Part shown: positions 31,903 to 42,423 of the stretch, piece by piece | How positions within the stretch are numbered: the first letter of the stretch is position 1 | How the letters are laid out: each line of letters begins with the position of its first letter | Origin: Escherichia phage V18 | Reading direction: 5' to 3' (one strand) | Sequence record: NC_041937.1 | Length of the DNA stretch: 64,000 nucleotides | The notes under the pieces: generated by a model | Database searches by the model: none | Told to the model about the DNA's origin: nothing | Seen by the model: only the letters and a program-made list of their open reading frames with translations | Made by a program: the position numbers and the translations under genes

Positions 31903-32495
31903 TCAGCCAGAAATATCTGAATAGGCCCGATCTGCCCAGTCAGGAGCCAGTAGCGACTGGAGTGCTGCCAGGCGGACGGAATGGGAATACTTCTCATTCT
32001 TATAACAATTCTCAAATATCGAGGCAGTGAGAGAAATTAATAGGCCAGGCCGTTCACACAGTGGCACAACATTTGCAACCTATCCTGTGGGGATGAATGA
32101 GAATACCTATCATTGTGAGAACTATTATCATTACGGGCAATTTAACATAATACCCATTATGCGCACCACTGGCGATACATACAGGGATTGATACCATGAG
32201 TTACAGTTTACACACATAACAATTATATTTCTTACTATTTGTGTGGGATATAGTTAGCAGCCAATAGATTAGATATTGACCTGTAGACTTCCAACCGTCT
32301 GGACGTCTAAACGCCCACACACCAAGGGTTATACATACATCGCTGAATGTAAACAGGGCCGCAAAAATGCTACCATACCAGTTTGTAAATTTTTCATGCA
32401 GCACTTGACAAAGAGGAGAAAAACTTGTCTGACACAATGTCACACAATATGACACTTTACACTGGACACACTAGGCACAAAAAAAAAAAACTGCA

Positions 32496-32720
32496 GTGAC
32501 TAGGTCACCCCTTCAGGTGTTTCTATGACATAATATAAAAGCAGGGCAACTATTACAAATCTAAAGTTGCCTTGCTTGTTATGTCATGATTAACTAAATA
32601 CAAGGCAACTATGATCTGATTAATAGTTTGCAGACAAACTATCACGGGGGTGATGGTTACTGCTTTTATATTATGTCGCGACTCCGTCGCGCCATGCCAT
32701 TCGTTTGCATAGTTGCCTTA
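32496..32720. repeat. iteron-like locus: nested inverted repeats and GGCAACT repeats (candidate origin/operator)
   Basis: Palindrome GTGACTAGGTCAC 32496-32508; 18-bp perfect inverted repeat GACATAATATAAAAGCAG 32527-32544 vs 32660-32677; CAAGGCAACT(T/A) at 32601-32610 (+) and 32564-32574 (-); AAGGCAACTATG at 32602-32613 (+) and 32708-32719 (-). Confidence 0.55.
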
Positions 32721-33370
32721 TTGTTACAGATAAAATAATTGTATTGTTAATTATTTCTTATCTTTCTATTAGTCATCTAATGATTCCAGTTAGTATAGTA
32801 ACGTATAGTAAACATTAGACGACTAAATATTTCTCTGTTTATGATAACTCACCGTAATAATTTCGGACTGTTTACGAAAAATGTTGACACCCTGGCTGAT
32901 TTATGTTATGCAATTTAAACGAATAATTATTTTATGCAGGTATTGACTATTCCGTTATTCTATGGTTGGAATAAATACTTAGCAGGCTATAGAATGGTGA
33001 GCGTACGTAAATTCTGAGATCTGTCGGCTATAGTTATACCCGATTTTTCACGTAGAACACGCTTTCGATGCTGTGTAAGTGTATGACTTATAAAGATTTT
33101 TAGTTGTTGACAAGATATTGGAGATGTGCATCAGGTTAAAATTTGTGCAATAGCGGCATTACGTGCACTTTTGGGAGAGAAAACGGGTAAAAATGGACTT
33201 GCTACCACACAATGAAAAATTATGCAATAGCTATTTTACATGTATGTTTGTACAGTGCGGGCAATTGATGGCTCGTCAATTATTCCACTTGCCAGGTAGG
33301 GCCGTTTATGGTAGGGGGAAGAGCAGACAAAAAGAAAGGGGCCTAAGCCCTTGATAATTCAGTTAAAAAA

Positions 33371-33790
33371 TTATAATGATTCGTATATTTCAAAAATCCG
33401 ATTTGCCAGGTCGTTACGGTAGCGGAATTTTTCCTCACGTTTGATCATCAGATCTTTAAAGCCATATTCTTTAAGCACTTCATTAACTTTATGGCGGCAC
33501 ACCTTCATATTATCTTGAGCGTCACCAATAAACTTGTTGCTGTGGTGCATTGCTTTAATTTCTTCTTCCAGGACCAGGGCAACTACCCGGACCGGATCAA
33601 GCTGGTAGGCGGTAACATCGATGCGGCATTGTAGACGGCTTTTAACGTCTGCCACCGGATATACTGCAACCTCTTCCCCGTCAACATTGACAATAACTAG
33701 TTTACCATCGATCTCGAATCCTTTCGCCGCCGGACCGTGACAAAAAGCGTTATCAAAGCTATATGCCGGATTATTAGATTTAATGTTCAT
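33371..33790 (-). CDS. hypothetical protein, first gene of the minus-strand arm
   Basis: 139-aa ORF; hairpin GGGGCC-taa-GCCC at about 33330-33350 downstream. Confidence 0.4.
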   Translation of the reverse strand: MNIKSNNPAYSFDNAFCHGPAAKGFEIDGKLVIVNVDGEEVAVYPVADVKSRLQCRIDVTAYQLDPVRVVALVLEEEIKAMHHSNKFIGDAQDNMKVCRHKVNEVLKEYGFKDLMIKREEKFRYRNDLANRIFEIYESL

Positions 33791-34945
33791 GGTGTTTTTA
33801 CCTCTTAGTTAATTTTCTTACAACTTCCCTTCAAAAAAGAATATAGCAAAACTGCCGATCCCTGTCAACCAAGGATGGCATAATTTTTATGTGATCAAGG
33901 GGCTTTATTGCCCCTGACCATGTAACTTGTTGTATTATTTGTTATTCATCCAGTTTTCCCAAGCTGCCTGATAATCTGCCTCACTGCGGCGGATCTCTTC
34001 TTGCTCTTCAAGCCGGATCTCTTCTTCCAGGTACCCCAAGATATCGGCTTTTTTGGTCTGGCGTAACATCCAATCATCTTTTTTACGGGTAAAGATCTTA
34101 TATGCTTTCTCGCAAACCTCTTTTTTGCTACCTTTTTGGACTTTAAGAACTTTGTAGGCCATGTACTGAACTAGTTTGAGCTGATCAAGACGTTTCATGA
34201 TGTTTACCTCTTTATGAGGTTCTGGTTTGGTGTGGGCCTTTTGGCCCGTGTCATTATCTTATTACTTACGGCGGCAAAATTCAAGTGTTTTTAATTGATA
34301 ATCTTCCTCAGCTTGGAGTACAACCGCTCGATCATTTCGTTGGCATTGGTGAAGCCATACCCTTGAGCGAACTCATCCGCGCCACCTTCGTGATCATGTT
34401 CTGCGTTCATCGCTTCCACAAAATGGAATTCAAGATTATTGAGGTAAGGGCTTGATGTTCCGTCCTCTTTTTCGATGAGATCCCAGATAGCATTAAAACG
34501 TGATTCAACTTCTTGATTAATCCAGCTTGACATAATGTTTTCCTCTCTTCTGGTTGTTGTGTGGGCACTTTTGCCCCTTCAAGATAAATAATATCCCACC
34601 ACCTGGCAGATGTCAACGGTTTTTATAGTTTTTATATAACAGGCACCCCCGGTGATTGTCTCCCCCCGTCGCCAGGTGCCACCCGTGAAACAAGTATAAC
34701 AAAAAACAGGACAAAAACAAGCCCTGTTTTGTAGATATAAGGATTATATTTTTTCGCCTATGTAGTCCGGCCTATTCTTTTCGGTCATACGCTTAAGCAT
34801 TTTTTGCAAAGAGTTAATATATAACACCAGATCGCTGACTACCAGGACAACATTAATCAGCACATACCTAACCATAAAGGGAAAGATCGCCAACATTGCC
34901 GCCACGATCCCCATGGTAATAATTACCTTTCTCATGGTTAGCGGT

Positions 34946-35221
34946 TTACGTAGCTTTACCGTTTACGGTTATCGGCAGATCCTCCAGGTCTGGATCTTCT
35001 TTAAGGTCGCGAGCAAGTTCACCGCACCGAACGCCCTCGAATCCGTAGTACTCTGTCGTGCCATCCTGGAAAGTTTTAGCGGCAAGGCATAGGCGATAAG
35101 TAACACCGATTTGATTGACGGCATGGATATCAGTTAGATCTACCTCTTTTGCCAGCTCTTTGGCCATTACAGGCGCATTAAGTCCAACAACCAGGGCAAC
35201 CACTGCGATCATCTTTTTCAT
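34946..35221 (-). CDS. small secreted protein (signal peptide)
   Basis: 91 aa; MKKMIAVVALVVGLNAPVMA N-terminal signal-like segment. Confidence 0.4.
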   Translation of the reverse strand: MKKMIAVVALVVGLNAPVMAKELAKEVDLTDIHAVNQIGVTYRLCLAAKTFQDGTTEYYGFEGVRCGELARDLKEDPDLEDLPITVNGKAT

Positions 35222-35537
35222 TGTATCTATCCTCTTTCTGCTACGTTTAAGGCGGCGGCAACCGCCTGTTTATGCTTTGTTGGTTAATTTTCGGGTATCG
35301 GTATAAATTAAACTATGCTGTACGCTCAACTATAACAACGGCTTGAGGGATCTCACCTTCCACCACTATCAAGGCTTTTTTCTGCGTAATGGATATCTTT
35401 ACCCGCTTCAGCGTGGCGGTAAAGTCTTTCATTTCGTCACGTGGTGTTTTAGTGCAATACCAGATCTCAGGCTTGCCGATCTGTAAGTTGCGTAAAAATT
35501 CCGTTTTGCCTGTTTTGTTAGTGATCATTTGCCAACC

Positions 35538-35642
35538 TCACCCGATACCGTTGGAAGACAAGATCACATTAGCCATGGTTGCAATCAGGCCAATACCCAG
35601 GGCAATAACCAGGATCACCGCATCAATTAATTTCTGTTTCAT
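35538..35642 (-). CDS. 34-aa hydrophobic peptide (putative)
   Basis: ATG (minus) at 35642; MKQKLIDAVILVIALGIGLIATMANVILSSNGIG. Confidence 0.25.
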   Translation of the reverse strand: MKQKLIDAVILVIALGIGLIATMANVILSSNGIG

Positions 35643-36326
35643 GGTGTTTATCCTCTTCCTGTTGCGTTTAATGGGGCGCTTGTCTCCCCTACTTATTATG
35701 TTTTAATCTTCTTGTTCCAGGTGGCGGACCATTCCACCGCCTTATGTATTATGCTTTGTAAGATGGTTGTTTGTTTTCAAACTATTTTAACGATAATCAT
35801 CGTACGCTTTATTAACCTGGCGAATATAACATTCAAAAGCCAGATCAATAGATTTATATTCACGGATATACTCACCATAGGAAACCACATACATTTCTAT
35901 AGCTTCCTCATATGCGAGGAGAGTAGAATCCAAGCCTACGATCTCAGTCTTTGCAATAATAGCCATGATTTTTATCCTCTTTGTGGTTGGTGGGCTTGCC
36001 CCTTTGATTTATATACTACAGTCTTATATGGTCATGTCAACTATTTTCAAAAAATTTTTCTGCCGTGATATTCTTCCCGGTGGGGTTCGCCACCTTCAAA
36101 ATTTTATCATGCACTGGACGCCCAAAAGAATAAGCGCCGTACGCAGTAAGCCAATAATCCCCGTCAGGCTGTACTATTACCGCCGCATATGGTACGCCTT
36201 TTTCGTTTTTGCTGACAAAATAGATCACATTGCCATTAATAGCCTCAGCGCGTTTAATTTGTTCCATCATGATGATTCACCTATCTTTATTTTTAATAGT
36301 TTCAGGCCTTTTTGGCCCCGCCAGGT

Positions 36327-36611
36327 TTATTTATTGATAGCGTGCAACGGGAAAGGTACGCCAGGTTGATAGATAACTTTTACAACCTCATCGGGGCAAA
36401 AGAAATTACAAAATTCACCCCGATAAGCTTCATCTTCTTTTAATTCTTCATCAACATACTCAAAAAAGTAGTCGATGCTTGGATAATCCTGACCGGGATT
36501 ATAGTCAACCATTGTCAGGACTAGTTCAAGATCGTTGCGTAGGATATGCATACCTGCTTTTAAGTATTTTGCTTCCATTTCTACTACATCGCCAACGGTA
36601 ACAATAGCCAT
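36327..36611 (-). CDS. hypothetical protein
   Basis: 94 aa; a 17-nt poly-C/G tract lies 37 nt upstream of its start codon. Confidence 0.4.
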   Translation of the reverse strand: MAIVTVGDVVEMEAKYLKAGMHILRNDLELVLTMVDYNPGQDYPSIDYFFEYVDEELKEDEAYRGEFCNFFCPDEVVKVIYQPGVPFPLHAINK

Positions 36612-36647
36612 GATTTTAACTCCTATCTATCCGGTTAATGATTGGAG

Positions 36648-36664
36648 CCCCCCCCCCCCCCCCC
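36648..36664. repeat. homopolymeric C17 (G17 on minus strand) tract
   Basis: 17 consecutive C at 36648-36664 in the 5' region of gene 36327..36611. Confidence 0.8.
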
Positions 36665-36844
36665 GACACCCTTTATTATCCATATTGTAGGGCTTGATGC
36701 AAGTACTTCTTTAAAAATTTTTTAAGCGCCTTGGGGGCCGCTGTAGCGCTAAAATAATAAAGGCCATGCAACCGCATAGCTTTATGTGATTATATCGCTG
36801 CAGGCCCTACCATGGGCCTTATTTTGCATCATTTGCTGGAATTA

Positions 36845-37162
36845 TTAAGAGAAAACATCGTTCACAATAGCGATCACAATGCCGCCCACCTTGTCACGGT
36901 CAACAATGCACAAATCACCATAGATCATGTGGTAGTCTGGATGATCTTTCACGGAATAGTCAATGAGTGTCTTCTTATCGTCCAGCTTACTAACTTCCAT
37001 TCTCATAAAGATATGAGAATCATCAAAGGCATTATTCCGAAAAGTCATAACCTGACCGCCAGGGCACCCGGTGATTTCCACCTCCACGCCGTCTACGATC
37101 TGACCATCAAAGAAATAAAGATTATTAGCGGGTATAAACATGATCATTGCTCCTTTTTGCAC
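36845..37162 (-). CDS. hypothetical protein
   Basis: 105-aa ORF. Confidence 0.35.
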   Translation of the reverse strand: MQKGAMIMFIPANNLYFFDGQIVDGVEVEITGCPGGQVMTFRNNAFDDSHIFMRMEVSKLDDKKTLIDYSVKDHPDYHMIYGDLCIVDRDKVGGIVIAIVNDVFS

Positions 37163-37185
37163 TGATTATTTTAACAGGGTTTAAA

Positions 37186-37230
37186 TTTACTTTATTGATG
37201 GCCCTGGAGTCAAGGCCATCTAAAAATAAA
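37186..37230 (-). promoter_or_regulatory. repeated promoter/operator-like element, copy 1
   Basis: Inverted repeat GATGGCC…GGCCATC (37197-37203 / 37214-37220); minus-strand reading gives TTGACT-N18-TAAATT; upstream of 36845..37162. Confidence 0.4.
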
Positions 37231-37910
37231 TTTTACAGGCCTACAATCTCTTTATTCGTTTTACTGCTGCCTCAGCGCCTTGAGGGTAAAAATTATGGTA
37301 ACCAATCACGCGGGTAATACTGATCGCCGCCTGATGATCTTCATAATACCCCTTGAATATTTCTTGACCATCAACCAGCACAGCAATTTTTTCTTCTTTT
37401 TTGAAGTTAATAACGCGGATATTGTTGCTCATTTTGTTTCTCCTTTTGGAACTTTGTCTGTGTGGTGGGGAGTGTCTCCCCGTTGATTGTTATTATCCAT
37501 ATTCAGGACCGGATTGCAACACCCAGGGAGAAAAAATTTGAAAAGTTAGGCCCCAGGGATCGGGGCCGTTATCAGGCACGTACAGCGATAAAATACATCC
37601 CTACGCCTAACAATATTTCAAGGGCGATGATCTCCAGCCATACCATAACACGGCGCGCCTTATCGGTGCTGGGCTTATCCTTGGGTGTCATCGTCTCCCC
37701 CTTTCCTCCTGTTAGTAGTGACGTGGTTTGTAATGGTCCCCAGGAGTATTATCACCACGCACATTACAAGAAAAATTATCTCTGTCGTTGTTCGATCCAT
37801 TGTTATAAAACTCCTTAAGATCAGGCCTGAAAATAAAGCTTTCGTTATTGAATCCATCCCGCCAGGCGGCTGGCTTCAAATCTTCACTAAATGGATTAAT
37901 TAACGTGGTA

Positions 37911-38315
37911 TTATTTAAACGGCTGGCCCACATATTTTCTATTCCTCTCAAATAAGCGATCCGCCTCAGTTAAACAAATCTCATGGGCGTGATCTCTGGT
38001 TTTAGCTTCATCGAAAACCTGTTGTGCAAGGCTGCAACGTAGGGAGACTGGAAGATCACTATAATAGGCGTTGACAAACGTTTGAGCGTCGTACAGGTCT
38101 GAAAATACTTTACCCTTTCTATTATTCCCCTTGTCAACAATTGCAAGGATAACCAATACAATAGTTGCAACCACCCCCAGGAAAATAGATATAATAAACC
38201 ATAAAAAGGCGGATCTTCCCATCTTGCCAGCGATCCAGGCGTTAAACAAGGCAACCAATACAGCCAAAATAATAAATTCCATTCTATGTACCTCTTTTAC
38301 AGTTCTGATTAACAA
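37911..38315 (-). CDS. membrane protein
   Basis: 134 aa; two hydrophobic helices (ILAVLVALFNAWIA, FLWFIISIFLGVVATIVLVILAIV). Confidence 0.4.
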   Translation of the reverse strand: MLIRTVKEVHRMEFIILAVLVALFNAWIAGKMGRSAFLWFIISIFLGVVATIVLVILAIVDKGNNRKGKVFSDLYDAQTFVNAYYSDLPVSLRCSLAQQVFDEAKTRDHAHEICLTEADRLFERNRKYVGQPFK

Positions 38316-39043
38316 TAAGGCGGCAAATATGCCGCCTGTTACCTGATTAAAAATTATCGCCGTAAAGCTTTCCGCTTTCTGCCCATACCACCACGCGAGG
38401 CATACTATCCCACACGTCTTGTTTTAGATTAACGCGTGCAATTCTTCGGTGGTGCTCATACCGGGCACGGGCTGATTGTATACTGCAAAACGACCGCCTG
38501 CATAATCATAGGCCAGGGTTAAATCACACTGGATCATCTTTTTGATCATGGCATTAAGCATGGCGTTAGCCGCATATTGATCACGTTTTAAAGGCAACTC
38601 TTTGATTAGTTTGCGATAGTTTTCGATATGGTCGCACACTGTTTCACGAGGAAGATCTTTCATATCCTCGCGAAAGGTAACCAGGTTAAACATAACGGTG
38701 TCAATAGCTTTGGTAGTGTTTTTCATGATGTTATCCTCTTTGTTTTGTGTGGGGCAAATCATCGCCCCCTTGAGTTTTAATATAGCAGGTTTTTAGGTTA
38801 TTGCAACACTTTATTTATGAAAAAGTCATCTCACCATATTCATCGACATCAAACCGCCAATCATTGGCCTCGATAAGGCCGATCAGGTTTTCTGCGGTGA
38901 ACTGTTCTAGATAGGCCTCCTCCAGGTCTACGTAAACCTTGCGGGATAGCTCCCGTACCGTCTCGGTGATCAGTTCTTCCAGTCTTCCACTTTGTTTTCT
39001 TGTTTGGCGGTCAGATCTAGCCAAGTGGTATCAATGTACCCGC

Positions 39044-39436
39044 TTACAGTGTTTTCATGGCTGTAATGGCTGTACTTGTCGCGTTCAACACTGGCTGATA
39101 ACTCGCATCGTGCATTGTGCCGAACAAGTGACGAATTGATCGGAACTTGGTCAGGGCCCTTACTTTACGCAAAAATTTTTCTAAATCCACGTTTTCAGCA
39201 CTGATTGAAGCGCCGTCACCCTGGCACCAAAAGCCGGACCAATGTACTTCGGTATCTTCAAGGCCGTACTCTGGAAAGATATATTCTTTGTAGTGTTCAA
39301 TTACACTTTCTGCAAAAAAGTCATCCCCGCTGCGTTCTTCTCTTTCGCGGACCATTTCAATGGCTTTTTCTTTTTGTTCGTCGGTCAGCACGTCGAAAGA
39401 TAAATTGCAACCTGTAGTAATGTTAACGGTAGTCAT
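39044..39436 (-). CDS. hypothetical protein
   Basis: 130 aa; conserved 5'-leader hairpin CGGGAAGTTTTCCCG at 39466-39480 and promoter-like TTGACA-N16-TATACT (minus) at about 39493-39522. Confidence 0.4.
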   Translation of the reverse strand: MTTVNITTGCNLSFDVLTDEQKEKAIEMVREREERSGDDFFAESVIEHYKEYIFPEYGLEDTEVHWSGFWCQGDGASISAENVDLEKFLRKVRALTKFRSIRHLFGTMHDASYQPVLNATSTAITAMKTL

Positions 39437-40625
39437 GATGTTTTCTCCTATTTTCTTTGTTAGTGGCGGGAAGTTTTCCCGTTTACGTGTTTAAGTATAC
39501 TTATCAAGATTTACTTGTCAACACTATTTTTTAAATTATTGTGGCGCAAAATGTTTAAAATCTCCTCAACGTCATCAACACGGCGGCAATTTTTAAACGC
39601 TACCAATTGCCCCATGATTTTAATCACTGGGCGGCCTTGCCAGTGCCCCTGGAGAAAGCGCGCCTTGACTTTATCGGTGGAACTATCACGCCACCAAATA
39701 GCCTTGTTGTTGCAGTAGTAAAAATTATTCAGGACAACATCAACTTTATCAAAATTTTTTAATTTACGCATGGCGTTTACTCCTTTCTCTCTTTGATGTG
39801 GTTAGTATAGCTAACCTGTTGACGATGTCAAGGTTAAATAAAAAACTGTCAATGATATTTTTAACGCCATAAAACGGCCCTAAGCGATGTTTTCAGGTTA
39901 AAGGGGGGGCGATTGCATAGGTGGGGCCTTTTTGGCGCTTACAGGGCCAACCAGGGGCGCTATTCGTAGGATAGAAATAAAAAGCCCCGCACAATGGCGG
40001 GGCGTTGGTTGTTATTTGTCTTTATGGCGGTATCGTTCTGCCTGTCGTTCACGTTCCAAAAGTAGGCCGGGCAATTTACGATCATAATGATTGCGCCAGA
40101 TCTTCCCAAACCTTTTTGGCTTATTCAGTTTATTGTTACGCTGGCGGCGTTCTGGCAGCTCTTCGGAATCATGAGGGCGCTTTACAATTTTCTCGAAATT
40201 AATTTTCATATATTCCCCCCTTGCTAACTTCAATATTGGCCTGAATAGCCGATACGGCGCTTTATAACTTCCTGATCTGTGTGGTCATATCCCCAAAAGT
40301 CTACGATTTTTGCGCCTCCAGCCTTTAGGCGGTATAGTGTTTCTTGCATCTTGTAAGCTGGGATCGGTCGCGGTGTTACCTGGTCGCCTCTCTCATCCTT
40401 GTACTTGATAATGTAGTCTTCGTTGTCGTTGAATGCCCAAAATGGGTATTCTGTGAGCGCGTTGCTATCTTTTTCGTTTTTAGATTGGATCTTGTTTACA
40501 ATTAAAGCCGTAGCAATAGCGCCAATGATAAAACTAGCCCCGCTAATCATGTACTTTCTCCTTTCATGGTGTTAATAAATTATCTTTATAGATGGCCCTG
40601 CAACCAGGACCACCGAAAAAACAGC

Positions 40626-40871
40626 TTATTTGACGATACCGACAAAACAGATCCCGCCTTCCCCTATATAGGCAATATCGGTAATTTTATAATTTGTCAA
40701 GATCTGCTTATTTAGTTCATTAATAAAATCGGTCATTGCGTTGGTGTAGTTGTCTTCCGTGTCTAAGGCATAATCCCAGGTGTACACCTTTTTACGTCCG
40801 AAGCCTTTTACCATGATACGGGCGCTTTTGGTGTTGGTAGGGGCATAATATTTGGTGATTAGTGCTGCCAT
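40626..40871 (-). CDS. hypothetical protein
   Basis: 81 aa; same RBS/start context as 36327..36611 (ATAGGAGTTAAAAnCATGGC). Confidence 0.4.
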   Translation of the reverse strand: MAALITKYYAPTNTKSARIMVKGFGRKKVYTWDYALDTEDNYTNAMTDFINELNKQILTNYKITDIAYIGEGGICFVGIVK

Positions 40872-40912
40872 GGTTTTAACTCCTATGCATTAGTTCAGTG
40901 TTAACAGTATAA

Positions 40913-40962
40913 AGTTTACTTTATTGATGGCCCTGGTGTCAAGGCCATCTAAAAATAAGCTT
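40913..40962 (-). promoter_or_regulatory. repeated promoter/operator-like element, copy 2
   Basis: Near-identical 50 bp to 41533-41582; GATGGCC/GGCCATC inverted repeat bracketing a TTGACA on the minus strand. Confidence 0.4.
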
Positions 40963-41301
40963 ACTCGTTTTCTTCCAGCTCCGCAAGCTCTTCTTTTGCT
41001 TCTTCCAACCCTGTCTGTAATTCCTGGTATTCTTCATCGTCCTCAATATCCAGCTGTCGATGTAGTCGCTAAATCCGCAGCGGTAAGCGATAGGATCTAG
41101 CTCCTTGAGGATACGCGACGGAAGAAAAGAAATGTTTCCGATCATAATTTCGCCGTAGATCTCGTCTAACCATTCATCATAGTTTTCGTCGTACTTGTCC
41201 TCGTCGATTTCAAAGTTATCGATCTTATTCTCAAGGTCTGCGATCTGTTTTTTCAGCGCGGCGATCTGCATGGCTTTTTCTGCGGCGGTCATAGTAGTCA
41301 T
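40939..41301 (-). CDS. hypothetical coiled-coil/acidic protein (C-terminal part possibly out of frame)
   Basis: 120 aa; N-terminal KKQIADLENKIDNFEIDEDKYDENYDEW; leader hairpin GGGAAGTTTTCCCG at 41328-41341. Confidence 0.35.
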   Translation of the reverse strand: MTTMTAAEKAMQIAALKKQIADLENKIDNFEIDEDKYDENYDEWLDEIYGEIMIGNISFLPSRILKELDPIAYRCGFSDYIDSWILRTMKNTRNYRQGWKKQKKSLRSWKKTSKLIFRWP

Positions 41302-41380
41302 GGTGTTTTTCTCCTTTTGTGTGTTCTGGGAAGTTTTCCCGTTTATGTGCTTATTATAGCGATTTAAGTTAGCTTGTCAA

Positions 41381-41500
41381 TTAAAAGTTTAAGAAAAATT
41401 TTGCGACACCGTTGGCGCTACCCATCAACATTTGCGCCAGGATGTACCCAATGATGCAAACGATGATGGTTACCTTTGTGTGCTGGCGTGTAGTGCTCAT
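41381..41500 (-). CDS. 39-aa hydrophobic peptide (putative)
   Basis: ATG (minus) at 41500 preceded by GGAGGC; MSTTRQHTKVTIIVCIIGYILAQMLMGSANGVAKFFLNF. Confidence 0.25.
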   Translation of the reverse strand: MSTTRQHTKVTIIVCIIGYILAQMLMGSANGVAKFFLNF

Positions 41501-41532
41501 CTTCAAGCCTCCTTTTTCGCTTAATTGAGATT

Positions 41533-41582
41533 AGTTTACTTTATTGATGGCCCTGGTGTCAAGGCCATCTAAAAATAAGCTT
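41533..41582 (-). promoter_or_regulatory. repeated promoter/operator-like element, copy 3
   Basis: Inverted repeat GATGGCC 41546-41552 / GGCCATC 41563-41569; upstream of the 41381..41500 peptide ORF. Confidence 0.4.
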
Positions 41583-42024
41583 AGTAAATTTTCAGTACTT
41601 TACCGTCCAACCTGTCAAGCTGGATCTCGATAGCTGCAGAAAACCTATTGTACACCACGTCGCCCATAGAATCCAACCAGTCTATGACGTTATACACTTG
41701 CTCTTTGTTCTTGCAGGTCCGGATCCGTTTCATGATGTAAGCCGGATCAATATTGGTACTCTCGTTGGGGCCTTTACCACCACCTGGAATGGCTTTAAGG
41801 TGCCTTTTGCGTTCATCTCACGCGCTTTTGCGGCGCGGTTGTTATATGTTACACAACGGCGGCAAATGTTGATCAAATGCATGTCAATAATTTTTTCATC
41901 GTTTGCCAACTCGTTCATGATGCGGCGTACGTTCTTATTCATGATCTTTTTCCTTTGTGCTGGCGGGAAACATTCCCGCCTTTTGTGTCTAGTTTACTTA
42001 AATTTTGCAGCGTGTCAATGATTT

Positions 42025-42423
42025 TTATTCGTGGGCGCATGTTACAATGTGCTTTTTATAACCCAGGTGGTCAGCAAGTGCCGACAAAAACTCTTCTTCG
42101 TAGATCCAGCCGTCGGCAGTGATCCCCATAGCATCTAATGCGCTTTCAAGTGCTGCGTTGGCTTTATCGTAACCGTGACCGCTCGCCTTGCCGCCAGTAT
42201 AACCGTACTTATTGTTCTTGTTGTCGTGAATCCAAAACACGCAGTAGTAAGTGTTCCCGCTGGCTGCGGCATAATACCGGATCTCAGCTACTTCGTGCAA
42301 ATTATTGTCATCGTCCAGGCCCACCAGATTATAAGCCTTGTAAAATCCACGATCACGGCGGCAGTTCTTAACATCAGAAAAAGAGAAGTTAGCATTATCA
42401 AAATTAAAGGTAGTGGTTTTCAT
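42025..42423 (-). CDS. hypothetical protein
   Basis: 132-aa ORF. Confidence 0.35.
   Translation of the reverse strand: MKTTTFNFDNANFSFSDVKNCRRDRGFYKAYNLVGLDDDNNLHEVAEIRYYAAASGNTYYCVFWIHDNKNNKYGYTGGKASGHGYDKANAALESALDAMGITADGWIYEEEFLSALADHLGYKKHIVTCAHE

Noticed and set aside
31015-33370. tRNA genes in the large non-coding gap
   Set aside because: I found no segment with a convincing acceptor stem plus T-loop (GTTCRA) arrangement by eye. A proper covariance-model scan is still needed, so this is a not-supported rather than a definitive negative.
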